Notes under the pieces: generated by a model
What the model saw: the letters and a program-made list of their open reading frames with translations, nothing else
Database searches by the model: none
What the model was told of the DNA's origin: nothing
Shown: positions 40,560 to 50,549 of the stretch, piece after piece
Numbering within the stretch: position 1 is the stretch's first letter
Layout of the letters: every line of letters starts with the position of its first letter
Position numbers and translations under genes: made by a program
DNA from: Candidatus Bathyarchaeia archaeon
Lineage (GTDB): Archaea > Thermoproteota > Bathyarchaeia > Bathyarchaeales > Bathycorpusculaceae
Direction: 5' to 3'
Length of the DNA stretch: 64,000 nt
Assembly (NCBI GenBank): GCA_038883655.1
Contig: JAVZLQ010000004.1
Span: 32,001 to 96,000, forward strand

Positions 40560-42010
40560 AGAAGGTTGTTATTGACCCAATAACGAGGCTTGAGGGACAC
40601 GGGAAAATAGCCATATTCCTAAACGACGCAGGCGAGGTGGAAAACGCCTATCTGCAGATTCCAGAACTTAGGGGCTTTGAAAAGTTTTGCATTGGAAGAA
40701 AGGCTGAGGACATGCCGCTTTTGACGAGTAGGATTTGCGGTGTTTGTCCAGTTGCGCATCATATGGCTGGAACAAAGGCTTTAGATGCAGCGTTTAACGT
40801 TGAACCGCCACCAACAGCCAAAAAGCTCCGTGAACTAATGTATTGTGGCTACTATATTTACGACCATACATTGCACTTCTATTATTTGGGCGGTCCAGAC
40901 TTCGTCGTAGGACCCGACGCTCCACCAGAAAAAAGGAACATTATAGGCGTTATTGAGAAGGCTGGACTTGAAATTGGCAAAGAAGTAATAAAGCATAGAG
41001 CCTATGGGCAGAGGATAACCGAAATAATTGGCGGAAAAGCCACACATCCAGTCTGCGGGATTCCAGGCGGAATCTCCAAACCCCTAAGTGAAGAAGAGCG
41101 TAGCGAAATTGAGAAGATGGCTTCTTCAGCAGTCGACTTTGCAAAGTTTTCACTGAAGCTCTTTCACAACCTCGTTCTTGGAAACAGCAAATACGTCGAC
41201 TTGATTAAGAGCGACGCTTACACGCTGAAAACCTACTACATGGGCTTGGTTGACGAAAACAACAAGGTGAACTTCTACGACGGCAAAATAAGGGTTGTTG
41301 ACCCAAACGGTAGGGAATTCGCGAAGTTCGAAGCCAAAAACTACCTTGACCACATAGCGGAGCACGTTGAAGAATGGACTTACGTGAAGTTTCCGTACCT
41401 TAAGAAAATTGGCTGGAAAGGCTTCGTGGATGGTCCAGAAAGCGGAGCATACCGTGTTGGACCGCTTGGAAGGCTCAACGCTGCGGACGGAATGGCAACA
41501 CCATTAGCGCAAGCGGAATACGAGCTCATGTATAAGACTCTTGGCGGAAAACCAGTTCATTCAACCCTTGCCTATCACTGGGCTAGGCTTATAGAGCTGC
41601 TTTATGCCGCTGAAAGAGCCTTGGAGCTTAGCAGAGACCCAGAAATAACAAGTAAGGATGTGCGCAACAAGCCAGGCGAGCCTGGAGAAGGCGTAGGCGT
41701 GGTTGAAGCGGCCAGGGGAACGCTTATTCACCATTACGTTTTGGATGAAAATGCGCTGATAAAAGATGTTAACCTAATAGTTGCAACGGTCAACAATAGT
41801 CCATCAATAAACATGTCTGTTCGGAATGCCGCCAAAGGCTTGATACATGGTGACAAAATTGATCACGGCGTTTTAAACATGGTTGAAATGGCTTTTAGGG
41901 CATATGATCCATGCTTTGGCTGCGCCACACACTTCGCCTTCGGTCAGATGCCACTAACAATAGAAATTTTCAACAGCGAAAAGAAGCTAATAAAGACGCT
42001 GCGAAGGTAA
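40556..42010 (+). CDS. mvhA: [NiFe]-hydrogenase large subunit (copy 2)
   Basis: Motifs RICGVCPVAH and AYDPCFGCATH plus extension. Confidence 0.93.
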   Translation: MKKVVIDPITRLEGHGKIAIFLNDAGEVENAYLQIPELRGFEKFCIGRKAEDMPLLTSRICGVCPVAHHMAGTKALDAAFNVEPPPTAKKLRELMYCGYYIYDHTLHFYYLGGPDFVVGPDAPPEKRNIIGVIEKAGLEIGKEVIKHRAYGQRITEIIGGKATHPVCGIPGGISKPLSEEERSEIEKMASSAVDFAKFSLKLFHNLVLGNSKYVDLIKSDAYTLKTYYMGLVDENNKVNFYDGKIRVVDPNGREFAKFEAKNYLDHIAEHVEEWTYVKFPYLKKIGWKGFVDGPESGAYRVGPLGRLNAADGMATPLAQAEYELMYKTLGGKPVHSTLAYHWARLIELLYAAERALELSRDPEITSKDVRNKPGEPGEGVGVVEAARGTLIHHYVLDENALIKDVNLIVATVNNSPSINMSVRNAAKGLIHGDKIDHGVLNMVEMAFRAYDPCFGCATHFAFGQMPLTIEIFNSEKKLIKTLRR

Positions 42011-42039
42011 ATTTCCCATTTTCAATTACGGCGAATTTA

Positions 42040-42528
42040 TTGGTTAACCAGAAACTAAAGAAGAATTTGAAGGATTGGCTTTCTAATGCCAGAAAAGTTG
42101 TTGTTGCTGGGATTGGAAACCCCATAAGGATGGATGATTTTGTCGGAGTCAAGATTATCCAAGAACTACGCGGAAAGGTCTCTGAGAAGGTTTTTTTGAT
42201 CGAATGTGAAACTGTCCCAGAAAGTTTTATGCAGCAAATAATAGATTTCAGCCCAACGCACGTCTTGTTGATTGACGCTGCAGTTTTGGGGCTTAAGCCA
42301 GGAGAGGCAAAGCTTGTCTATCCACAGGATTTAACGATTTTTCCAGCATTTTCAACGCATATGCTTCCGCTACGCCTGTTTTGTGAGTACCTATCAAAAA
42401 CTTTGGAGGCGAAAATTGCCTTGCTGCTTATACAGCCTAAAAGTGCAGAGTTTGGCGAAGGCTTAACAAAGGAAGTTGCAGTTTCAGCCACCAAAATTGT
42501 TAATCTGCTGCTGAAGGTTCTTCCATAA
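42040..42528 (+). CDS. hycI: Hydrogenase maturation endopeptidase (HycI-type)
   Basis: Motifs GIGNPIRMDDFVG, ETVPE, LIDAA, FSTH. Start is approximate. Confidence 0.88.
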   Translation: MVNQKLKKNLKDWLSNARKVVVAGIGNPIRMDDFVGVKIIQELRGKVSEKVFLIECETVPESFMQQIIDFSPTHVLLIDAAVLGLKPGEAKLVYPQDLTIFPAFSTHMLPLRLFCEYLSKTLEAKIALLLIQPKSAEFGEGLTKEVAVSATKIVNLLLKVLP

Positions 42529-42571
42529 CCGAATAACGTGGATGTGAATAAAGAAAAATGGAGGTTGCGGT

Positions 42572-43081
42572 TTAGGTTCCAGCTGTTACCTTCATTGCTT
42601 CTTGGAAAAGCTTCTTTGTAGCTGCAATCCTCGCCTTCTGTGCTAGGACATCGCTTGTTACAAGGTCTAATGCTTCTTCTGGACACCACTTAACGCATTG
42701 TGGTTCGCCTTTGTCCTTGCAGAGGTCACAGACAAACACGACTTTCTTCTCTGGGTGGATCATTATCGCGCCGTAGTCGCATGCTTCAATGCACCATCCG
42801 CATCCGTTGCACTTTTCCTCGTCAACTATTATTGTACCGTTTTCTTCAGACTGTGAAAGCGCATCCCTTGGGCAAGCGGCAACACATGGAGGATCTTCGC
42901 ATAGCCTACAAGAGATTGAGATGTTGACAAGAGGGTTTAACCGCACAACACGTATCCTTGACTTTAACGGGTTAAACGTCTTTTCCTTCGTGAAAGAGCA
43001 GACGTATTCGCATACTTGGCATCCTACACACTTGTCCGGGTCTGCTGTGACAAATTTTCTCTCGTGAATCTTAACCATCAT
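42572..43081 (-). CDS. Multi-[4Fe-4S] electron-transfer protein (AOR partner)
   Basis: Motifs CVGCQVCEYVC, CRLCEDPPCVAACP, CNGCGWCIEAC, CDLC...CVKWCP. Confidence 0.88.
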   Translation of the reverse strand: MMVKIHERKFVTADPDKCVGCQVCEYVCSFTKEKTFNPLKSRIRVVRLNPLVNISISCRLCEDPPCVAACPRDALSQSEENGTIIVDEEKCNGCGWCIEACDYGAIMIHPEKKVVFVCDLCKDKGEPQCVKWCPEEALDLVTSDVLAQKARIAATKKLFQEAMKVTAGT

Positions 43082-43082
43082 G

Positions 43083-44945
43083 CTACGCTCCTTTTATTTT
43101 TCCTTCAACTATGTGAATTAGGTCTTCCATGCCCAACTCCTTAAGCTTCTCTATTTTTGGTATGCCTTCCCTAGTCCATCCACGTGCTTCGTAGTAATCA
43201 TCCAAAAGCAAGTCCAGCTCCGTCTGTGAAACGTAGGCGCCTTTGGCTGGTCCATCGTCTGGGATTGGCTTGTTCATGACCTTCCATGGCAGTGTGTCGT
43301 CTTTTCTGCTTAAGCCTTCTCTGACGTTGAAAACTCTAGCTACGTTGTTTATTCTTTCGCCGCAGCGCCGTATTTCTTCCGGCGTCATCTCAATTCCGGT
43401 CACCAAAGTGTAAAGTTTTGCGAGGTCTTCTGCCTCTTTGTAGTATGTTCCCCTTGAGAACTTGCAAATTATTAACGAGTCGATTATGGTGTATATGTCT
43501 TCTATGTCCTTAACAATTTTTCCTCGTCCCTTCTCGGCGACTAAGCGGTTGACTTTTCCCTTTACGTCGAAGGCGTAGGCGCCGTGCCTATTGTGATCTG
43601 CTCCTCTAAATGAGACTGCAAAGCCCAAGGCGGCTGTTTTTAGACACCTTAAATCGTATCCGGTGACCTCGACGCCCTTAATGTGCTGTGCGAGTTTTTC
43701 TGCGCCCTTGCCTATTTTTTCTCCAGCGACTTTTACTCCTTCTGCGAGGATGTCGCCTACCCCCTCGCGCTTGCCAATTTTCTCTATAAGTTGAACAAGT
43801 GCTTCATGATTGCCAAAACGTGCATCTAGTCCATCCATGTCCTTCTGTGTCAAAATTCCATTTTCGTAACAGTCCATTGCAAAGCCGACGATTACTCCAG
43901 CGCTGATGGCGTCTATCCCATAATAGTTGCACAGGTCCATGCCCTTTATTATGGCGTCCAAGCGGTCAACGCCGCAGTATGGTCCCATAGCCCAGAGAGG
44001 CTCGTACTCCATTCTTGTCATAGCGCCCTTGTATGGTCCCTCTGTCACCACGCATACGTGTTCGCATCGCATTGCGCATGAGCTGCACCCAATTATTTTT
44101 GCGACGTAACGCTCGTTTAGTATTTCTCCACTCACTTTTTCGGCTGCCTCAAAATGCGCGTTATTATAGTTTCTTGTCGGCATGCAATGCAAAGCGTTGT
44201 GCACCAAAACGTTTTCCGGCGTGCCCAGAGTCCTATATTTCTGTGTGGCTGGGCCCTTCATTCTTTCGTGGAACTCTTTGACGAACTCCATGAACTCGTC
44301 TGGTTTTGCCACCGTGATGTCGCGTGTTCCGCGGACGGCGATTGCTTTAAGGTTCTTTGAACCCATAACCGCGCCTAATCCAGTTCTTCCAGCAGCCCTG
44401 GTCTTTTCATTTATTATACATGCTATTCGAACGAGTTTTTCTCCAGCTGGTCCTATGGCTGCCACACGAATGTAATAATCGCCAAGCTCCTCCTTTATTG
44501 CGTCTTCGGTGTCGGCTGGCGACTTCCCCATCAAGTGTGAAGCGCTTAATAGCTGAACGGAGTCATCGTCGATCCAAACGTAAACGGGTTTTTCCGCTCT
44601 TCCTTTAAAAATAACAGCGTCGTATCCCGCCCTCTTAAGCTCTGTGCCAAACGAGCCGTGTGATTTAGCTTCGCCTACACCATAGCTTTGAGGAGACTTC
44701 GACACAAAGGCATGACCGTTTCCGCCAGTTGGCCAAACAGTGCCTGACACCGGGCCTGTTGTAAGAATTAGCGGGTTTTCTGGGCTGAATGGGTCTACTC
44801 CCGCTTGTGAGTGGTCAAGCCAGAGGCGCATTCCTAGACCTATTCCGCCAATGTATTTTTTTGCGTAGTCTTCGTTTAATGGTTCAACATGGGTTTTTCC
44901 CGTTGTTAAATCTATGTGGAGTACTCGACCAGCATAGCCGTACAA
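43083..44945 (-). CDS. aor: Tungsten-type aldehyde:ferredoxin oxidoreductase family protein
   Basis: Motifs MYGYAGRVLHIDL, AAGRTGLGAVMGSKNLKA, CSSCAMRC, EYE, RGADH, DSLIICKF. Confidence 0.9.
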   Translation of the reverse strand: MYGYAGRVLHIDLTTGKTHVEPLNEDYAKKYIGGIGLGMRLWLDHSQAGVDPFSPENPLILTTGPVSGTVWPTGGNGHAFVSKSPQSYGVGEAKSHGSFGTELKRAGYDAVIFKGRAEKPVYVWIDDDSVQLLSASHLMGKSPADTEDAIKEELGDYYIRVAAIGPAGEKLVRIACIINEKTRAAGRTGLGAVMGSKNLKAIAVRGTRDITVAKPDEFMEFVKEFHERMKGPATQKYRTLGTPENVLVHNALHCMPTRNYNNAHFEAAEKVSGEILNERYVAKIIGCSSCAMRCEHVCVVTEGPYKGAMTRMEYEPLWAMGPYCGVDRLDAIIKGMDLCNYYGIDAISAGVIVGFAMDCYENGILTQKDMDGLDARFGNHEALVQLIEKIGKREGVGDILAEGVKVAGEKIGKGAEKLAQHIKGVEVTGYDLRCLKTAALGFAVSFRGADHNRHGAYAFDVKGKVNRLVAEKGRGKIVKDIEDIYTIIDSLIICKFSRGTYYKEAEDLAKLYTLVTGIEMTPEEIRRCGERINNVARVFNVREGLSRKDDTLPWKVMNKPIPDDGPAKGAYVSQTELDLLLDDYYEARGWTREGIPKIEKLKELGMEDLIHIVEGKIKGA

Positions 44946-45069
44946 GATTTTTCCTCCAAACTTAGCTTAAACGGAATCATATAATTTACGTGATAAGTTA
45001 TATTAATGTATCTCTAAATTTTTGCAACTATAAAGGATAAAAGGGGCAATTAAAAGGTGCACAATTGAG

Positions 45070-46638
45070 CTAAAGCGCCTCCTTCACTAGTTCGAGGATA
45101 TCCCTAACGGCGATTTTGCCCTCAACATCCAACACTTTCACCGCGTCTTCAAGCGTTGTGATGCAATATGGACATGCCACAGCTATTGTGTCGACGCCTA
45201 ATTCAAGCGCTTCCTTAACCCTTTCAACGCATGGTCTCTTTTCAGCAGGTGCCTCTTCGGTCCAAACTCTTCCAGCGCCCCCGCCGCAGCAGAAGCTGCT
45301 TAGCCTCGTCCTTTTCATTTCAACGAGTTCTAAGCCTTTTATCGCTTGCAAAATTTGTCTCGGCTCTTCGAATATGTTGTTGCGTTTGCCTAGGAAGCAT
45401 GGGTCGTGGTAGGCTACGCGCCTATTTATGGCTTTTGAAAGTTTGAGTTTTCCAGAGTTTAGGGTTTCTGCCAAGAACTGTGTGTAATGTTGAACGTTCA
45501 AGTTTGCTTCGCTGTATGGTTTGTCGCTTTTAAATGTGTTGTAGCAGTGCGGCGACAAGGTTACGATTTTTTGGGCGTTGAACTTTTTGAACATGGCGAC
45601 ATTGTGCTCAGCCAAGACCTCAAACAAGCCTCGCTCGCCCATCCTCAGGATGTGGTCTCCACAGCACCATTCTTCAGAGCCTAAAGTTGCATAATTTACG
45701 CCTAGCCTTTCGAAGATTGAAGCCATGATTCGTGCTGTTTCCTGGTTTCTTGCATCAAAAGCGTTTGAACAGCAAACAAAGAACAGCACTTCCGCTTCAG
45801 CAACTGTTGGATAAGTTTTAACGTTTAGTCCCTTCGCCCAGTCCATCCTCTTGCTTTGGTGTGTCCCCATTGGATTGTTATATTTGTAAACGCTTTCAAG
45901 CACGTCCTTGACCGTTCTTGGGATGTTTCCGGCCTCAACCAGCAAACAGTGATCGTTAACCAAGGCGTTTGCACAGTCAACCTGCTTTGGACAGAAGAGC
46001 GTGCACGCGTTGCATTGCGTGCAGAGCCATATGTTTTCCGTCATTGGTTTTAGACGTTCATCTGCCCCTTCATCTCTCGAATCTGCAATGAATCTGTAGT
46101 TCGCTGTTAGAGCTGAAGGCCCTAGGAACCTTTCGTCTATGGCTGCGGGGCAAGCCGAATAGCATATTGAACATTTTGTGCATAAGGTTAGGTCCCAGTA
46201 CTTTTTGAGGTCCAGCGGTGACTGTACGAACTCAACCATCTTCACGAGTTCTGATTCAGGCTTTATTAACACGGTTTTAATCTTCTTAAAAGTGTCAAAG
46301 AAAGGTTCAATGTCGACAACCAAATCCTTTATCACCGGCAAGTTTGAAAGTGGAGCAATTTCAAGCGAATCAGTATTCAAGTCAAGCACTTGCGTGTAAC
46401 ACGCGAGCATAGGTTTTCCGTTTATATTAACCCCGCAGCTTCCACATATGCCCATACGACATGAATGCCTAAAGCTTAATGTACCGTCAAGGTTGTCCCT
46501 AATATAGCTTAACGCGTCAAGAACGGTTGTACCCCTTCGTATTGGCACCTTGTACGTGGATATGTAACGCCTCTTACCCTCTGGGTCATAACGGTGAATG
46601 TGGAACTCGACAATTTTTTCAACTTTTCCGCTCATCAT
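45070..46638 (-). CDS. tfrB: SdhB/FrdB Fe-S domain fused to HdrD-type CCG domains (TfrB-like)
   Basis: SCRMGICGSC, CTKCSICYSACP, CTQCNACTLFCP, then WCCG, YHDPC, FCCGGG, ACPYC. Confidence 0.85.
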   Translation of the reverse strand: MMSGKVEKIVEFHIHRYDPEGKRRYISTYKVPIRRGTTVLDALSYIRDNLDGTLSFRHSCRMGICGSCGVNINGKPMLACYTQVLDLNTDSLEIAPLSNLPVIKDLVVDIEPFFDTFKKIKTVLIKPESELVKMVEFVQSPLDLKKYWDLTLCTKCSICYSACPAAIDERFLGPSALTANYRFIADSRDEGADERLKPMTENIWLCTQCNACTLFCPKQVDCANALVNDHCLLVEAGNIPRTVKDVLESVYKYNNPMGTHQSKRMDWAKGLNVKTYPTVAEAEVLFFVCCSNAFDARNQETARIMASIFERLGVNYATLGSEEWCCGDHILRMGERGLFEVLAEHNVAMFKKFNAQKIVTLSPHCYNTFKSDKPYSEANLNVQHYTQFLAETLNSGKLKLSKAINRRVAYHDPCFLGKRNNIFEEPRQILQAIKGLELVEMKRTRLSSFCCGGGAGRVWTEEAPAEKRPCVERVKEALELGVDTIAVACPYCITTLEDAVKVLDVEGKIAVRDILELVKEAL

Positions 46639-46647
46639 CTCTTCCTC

Positions 46648-48348
46648 CTAATAGGTTCTTGCGGCTGGAGGCCACTTCGTAATTGTAACTGGAATATACA
46701 CGAGGCGAGGGCCTTCACGTGTGCAATACGCCAACGTGTGTTTAAGCCAGTTAACGTCATCCCTTTTTGAGTAGTCCATTCTTGTGTGCGCTCCGCGGGA
46801 CTCTGTTCTGGCAAGTGCACAGTAAATTGTGACTTCAGCCAAGTCCAACATGAAGTCAAGCTGTAATGCTTCTGTGAGCCCGCTGTTGAAGGGGCCGCGT
46901 TTATCCTCAACCTTTATTCGCTTAAACCGTTCTTTGAGTTCCCTAATTTTCCTCAACGCATCTTGGAGATGGTCTCCTCTTCTGAAAATCCAAACCTTCT
47001 CGTTCATTGTGCGGCGCATTTCATCCCTAATAACTGGAACCCTCTCGTCGCCCTCGCTTCCTAAAATCCCATCATAAACTCGTTTTTCCTCCAAAGAAAG
47101 GTTTTCTTCTGGAATTTCTTTGAAACTTGTTGATAAAGCGCGTTTAGCTGCTTCCTCTCCGGCAACCGCGCCGAAGACTAGGCATTCGGCAGTCGAGTTT
47201 GTGCCAAGCCTGTTCGCTCCATGAATACTTATGCATGAGCATTCGCCGGCAGCGTATAAACCAGCAATTGGCGTTTCAGTCTTAACATTAGCTTTTATCC
47301 CGCCCATGGAGTAATGCGCCGCTGGTCTTATTGGTATGTACTCCTTAACTGGGTCGACTCCGCCGAGTTTTATGGCAACTTCGCGTATCAGCGGCAAACG
47401 CTCGTTTATTTTCTCCTCGCCGAGATGCGTCAAGTCTAAGGCAATGTATGGACCGTAGGGTCCCTCGAAACCTCTTCCTTCAAGTATTTCTGTTTGCTCC
47501 GCCCTTGAAACGACGTCGCGTGGGGCAAGCTCCATCTTTTCTGGAGCGTAATTCTTCATGAAGCGTTCGCCCTTGGCGTTTAATAGGTATCCGCCTTCTC
47601 CCCTCGCGCCTTCTGTTATCAGCACGCCTGATGGAACAAGTCCTGTCGGGTGAAATTGGACGAACTCCATGTCTTCAAGCGGTGCTCCAGCGCGGTATGC
47701 CATTGCCATTCCATCGCCTGTTGTGGTGTGGGAGAATGTTGTGAACTCGTATATGCGTTCGTGTCCGCCCGTTGCCATTACTATTGCCTTTGCTTTGAAG
47801 GCGTGCATCTCGCCAGTTTTAAGTTCTATGGCTGTAAGGCCTATTGCCGTGTTATCTTCAACTATCAGCGAGGTGGCGAACCATTCGTCATAGAACTTCA
47901 CGTTGTTGTAGGATGTGGCTTTGCCATAAAGCGTGTGCATCTCGTGAAAGCCCGTCATGTCCGCTGCGAAACACGCTCTCGGAAAACTGTGGCCTCCAAA
48001 TGGGCGTTGGTCTATTTTTCCGTCTGGTGTTCTGCTCCATGGCAGCCCCCAATGTTCTGTTAGTATTATCTCTTTAGGCGCTTGCTTCACAAAGAATTCC
48101 ACAGCGTCTTGGTCTGCAAGGTAGTCCGCGCCCTTAACGGTGTCAAAGGCGTGAAGGTCAAATGAGTCTTTTTCGCGCATCACCGCGGCTGTTCCGCCCT
48201 GCGCACAAACAGAATGTGAACGTATCGGATGAAGTTTTGATATTACTGCAATGTCCAGTTTTTTGCTGGTTTCGGCAGCGGCAATCGCTGCTCTTAGTCC
48301 GGCCAGTCCAGCGCCAACTATAACAATGTCGTGCGTGTACGTTTCCAT
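46648..48348 (-). CDS. sdhA: Succinate dehydrogenase/fumarate reductase flavoprotein (TfrA/SdhA-like)
   Basis: Motifs [50 protein letters not shown]. Confidence 0.9.
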   Translation of the reverse strand: METYTHDIVIVGAGLAGLRAAIAAAETSKKLDIAVISKLHPIRSHSVCAQGGTAAVMREKDSFDLHAFDTVKGADYLADQDAVEFFVKQAPKEIILTEHWGLPWSRTPDGKIDQRPFGGHSFPRACFAADMTGFHEMHTLYGKATSYNNVKFYDEWFATSLIVEDNTAIGLTAIELKTGEMHAFKAKAIVMATGGHERIYEFTTFSHTTTGDGMAMAYRAGAPLEDMEFVQFHPTGLVPSGVLITEGARGEGGYLLNAKGERFMKNYAPEKMELAPRDVVSRAEQTEILEGRGFEGPYGPYIALDLTHLGEEKINERLPLIREVAIKLGGVDPVKEYIPIRPAAHYSMGGIKANVKTETPIAGLYAAGECSCISIHGANRLGTNSTAECLVFGAVAGEEAAKRALSTSFKEIPEENLSLEEKRVYDGILGSEGDERVPVIRDEMRRTMNEKVWIFRRGDHLQDALRKIRELKERFKRIKVEDKRGPFNSGLTEALQLDFMLDLAEVTIYCALARTESRGAHTRMDYSKRDDVNWLKHTLAYCTREGPRLVYIPVTITKWPPAARTY

Positions 48349-48487
48349 TTAAAGTCTCCCCGTTTGAGAGAACCTAGATTTTGTGACCTAGGCTTTATAG
48401 TTTTTCCATAAATTTTGGCAACTGAATGTTTGCAAAAGGCGTAAATACCAATTTTGCACATAAACCTTAGTGGAAGCATTGAAACAT

Positions 48488-48823
48488 ATGGAAAAGCGTA
48501 TTCTAGATTTAGGTTTCATTTTTCTGTTGCTTCTTAATGTTCTCTCGCTTACTGGTCTAGTCCTTATTGGAAACGTTTGGGTGTTCCCGTTTAGTCTAGC
48601 CGTGTTTGCGGTTGACTTTTACTGGTATTATGTTAGACGCGTGAAAGGTAAGAAGCCGCGTTACCCGTTGGTGCCGCCAGAAGGAAAGGCAGATGTTTTT
48701 CTTCCGAGAACTGACATTCCAAGACCAGTGATTGCGGATTTTCGTGAAATTGAAGAGAAAAGGCGCAGAATGGCGAAAATTAAAAAGCTGCAAAGTGAAA
48801 CGACTCGACGCAAAAAGAAGTAG
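48488..48823 (+). CDS. Hypothetical membrane protein
   Basis: Two hydrophobic N-terminal segments and a basic C-terminal tail. Confidence 0.55.
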   Translation: MEKRILDLGFIFLLLLNVLSLTGLVLIGNVWVFPFSLAVFAVDFYWYYVRRVKGKKPRYPLVPPEGKADVFLPRTDIPRPVIADFREIEEKRRRMAKIKKLQSETTRRKKK

Positions 48824-48893
48824 GTTCCAGCAAGTTTTTATATGTTGTATGACATGGCTTTTAACGTCTATCTGCAAAAGGAGTTTAGGCGTC

Positions 48894-49298
48894 ATGTTTG
48901 TCGGAATCGACCATGTGGGCGTCGCCGTAAAAAATCTCGATGAGGCTGTAAAGGTTTACGGTGAAATTTTAGGTTTTAAGCTTGAAGGCATACACGTTCT
49001 AAATGAGCGAAAGGTTAAGGTTGCATTTTTCTCTTCTGGCGGTGAGGGACGAATAGAACTTCTCGAACCTATTGGCAGCGACAGTCCAGTTGCAAAGTTT
49101 CTTGAAAGCCGCGGCGAAGGCATACACCACATCGCAGTTAAAGTCAAAAACATAGAGAAGGCTCTGGAAGAGTTTAAGCGTGAAAACGTGATGCTTGTTG
49201 ATGAGAAGGCACGAGTTGGCGTTGAAGGAGCAAAAATCGCCTTTATTCACCCGAAAAGCACGAGAGGCGTTCTACTAGAGCTTGTAGAAAAGCCTTAG
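48894..49298 (+). CDS. mce: Methylmalonyl-CoA epimerase
   Basis: Motifs [38 protein letters not shown]. Confidence 0.9.
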   Translation: MFVGIDHVGVAVKNLDEAVKVYGEILGFKLEGIHVLNERKVKVAFFSSGGEGRIELLEPIGSDSPVAKFLESRGEGIHHIAVKVKNIEKALEEFKRENVMLVDEKARVGVEGAKIAFIHPKSTRGVLLELVEKP

Positions 49299-49313
49299 GA
49301 TTCGTATCTGTCC

Positions 49314-49985
49314 ATGAATGTTGACAAGGTCCAAGAAGGTTTACAAACAAAAAAGCTTGGTAAAACAATAATTTTGCTGCGTAGGGTGGATTCCACAAAC
49401 AATTTTGCCAAGAAATTGGCGCGTTATGGTGCCGTTGAAGGCACGGTTGTGGTTGCTGAAGAGCAAACTGCTGGGCGTGGAAGACACGGGCGAAAATGGT
49501 TTTCGCCAAAAGGCGGACTATACTTTTCTGTGATTTTGAGGCCGAAAATGAAGGTTAATAAGACTGTTGGCGTCATTGTGGCTGCTGGTTTGGCTGTTAT
49601 CAAGGTTTTAAGCGAAAATTACGGTTTAAGGGTTGAAGCTAAGTGGCCTAACGATGTTCTGCTTGATGGGAAAAAAGTTTGCGGAATACTCACAGAGGTA
49701 AACAGCACTGGCGAAAATGTGAACTACGTCGTGGTTGGCATAGGCATAAACGTCAATTCCGCAACTGCGAAAGAGTTTCCAGAAGAGCTAAAGCCCATCG
49801 CCACATCGTTAAGGGAGAAGCTGAAAAGGAAAGTAGAGCTTGAACCGCTACTGAAGCAATGTCTGGAGAAGCTTGAGGAAGTTTACGAGGCTTATATCAA
49901 GCTAGGCTTCCAGCCAACACTGGAAGAATGGATGAAATATTCAAGCGATAATACGCGTATTGATTACAAATCAAAATCTAATTAA
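49314..49985 (+). CDS. birA: Biotin--protein ligase, apparently C-terminally shortened
   Basis: Motifs DSTN, QTAGRGR, KWPND, KKVCGILTE, GIGIN; ends before the usual small C-terminal domain. Confidence 0.85.
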   Translation: MNVDKVQEGLQTKKLGKTIILLRRVDSTNNFAKKLARYGAVEGTVVVAEEQTAGRGRHGRKWFSPKGGLYFSVILRPKMKVNKTVGVIVAAGLAVIKVLSENYGLRVEAKWPNDVLLDGKKVCGILTEVNSTGENVNYVVVGIGINVNSATAKEFPEELKPIATSLREKLKRKVELEPLLKQCLEKLEEVYEAYIKLGFQPTLEEWMKYSSDNTRIDYKSKSN

Positions 49986-50006
49986 TGTTCGGAGCTTTGC
50001 GATTTT

Positions 50007-50549
50007 ATGGAGGACTTGCGGGTTAAGGTCAGCAGGTACATGAGTTATCTGTTGAGGCATAATCCCCAAGGATTAAGCATGGACGAGCATGGCTTCGTGA
50101 ATTTGGACAAGCTTGTAGAAAAAATTAACCAGCGCTTCAGGGTTAACAAAATTTTCGTCTTAGAAATTGTTGAAAGAAGCGGTAGGAAACGCTTTGAGGT
50201 CGTTGACAACAAAATCAGAGCATTATATGGGCATACGGTTCCGGTGAAGCTTGAGTTTGAAGAGGATAAAACCGTAAAGGTGCTTTACCACGGAACAACG
50301 CCTCAAGCGGCTTCAAAAATTTTGAGGGAAGGCCTTAAACCAATGAAGCGAAAATGGGTTCACTTGTCTCCAACAATCGAAGTTGCAAGAGAAGTGGGAA
50401 TGCGCAGAACTGACACGCCAACCATTTTGGAAGTTGACGTCGAAGCCGCTAGAAAGGATGGACTGAAATTTTTCAAGGCTACAGATAAGGTTTACTTGTG
50501 CAAAAACGTCCCACAAAAGTACATTAGGCTTGTTCGAGCTGATGCCTAA
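50007..50549 (+). CDS. kptA: RNA 2'-phosphotransferase (Tpt1/KptA)
   Basis: Motifs SYLLRH, KRF, IRALYGH, LYHGT, VHLS. Confidence 0.92.
   Translation: MEDLRVKVSRYMSYLLRHNPQGLSMDEHGFVNLDKLVEKINQRFRVNKIFVLEIVERSGRKRFEVVDNKIRALYGHTVPVKLEFEEDKTVKVLYHGTTPQAASKILREGLKPMKRKWVHLSPTIEVAREVGMRRTDTPTILEVDVEAARKDGLKFFKATDKVYLCKNVPQKYIRLVRADA

Noticed and set aside
41911-42039. Long N-terminal extensions in track ORFs (hycI; also mce 48732 and PUA 58337)
   Set aside because: They overlap neighbouring genes, and family similarity starts at downstream start codons.
22935-42528. Evidence for methanogenesis
   Set aside because: Hdr/Mvh are widespread in non-methanogens, and no mcr, mtr or fwd gene is in this window. 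The question cannot be decided from here.
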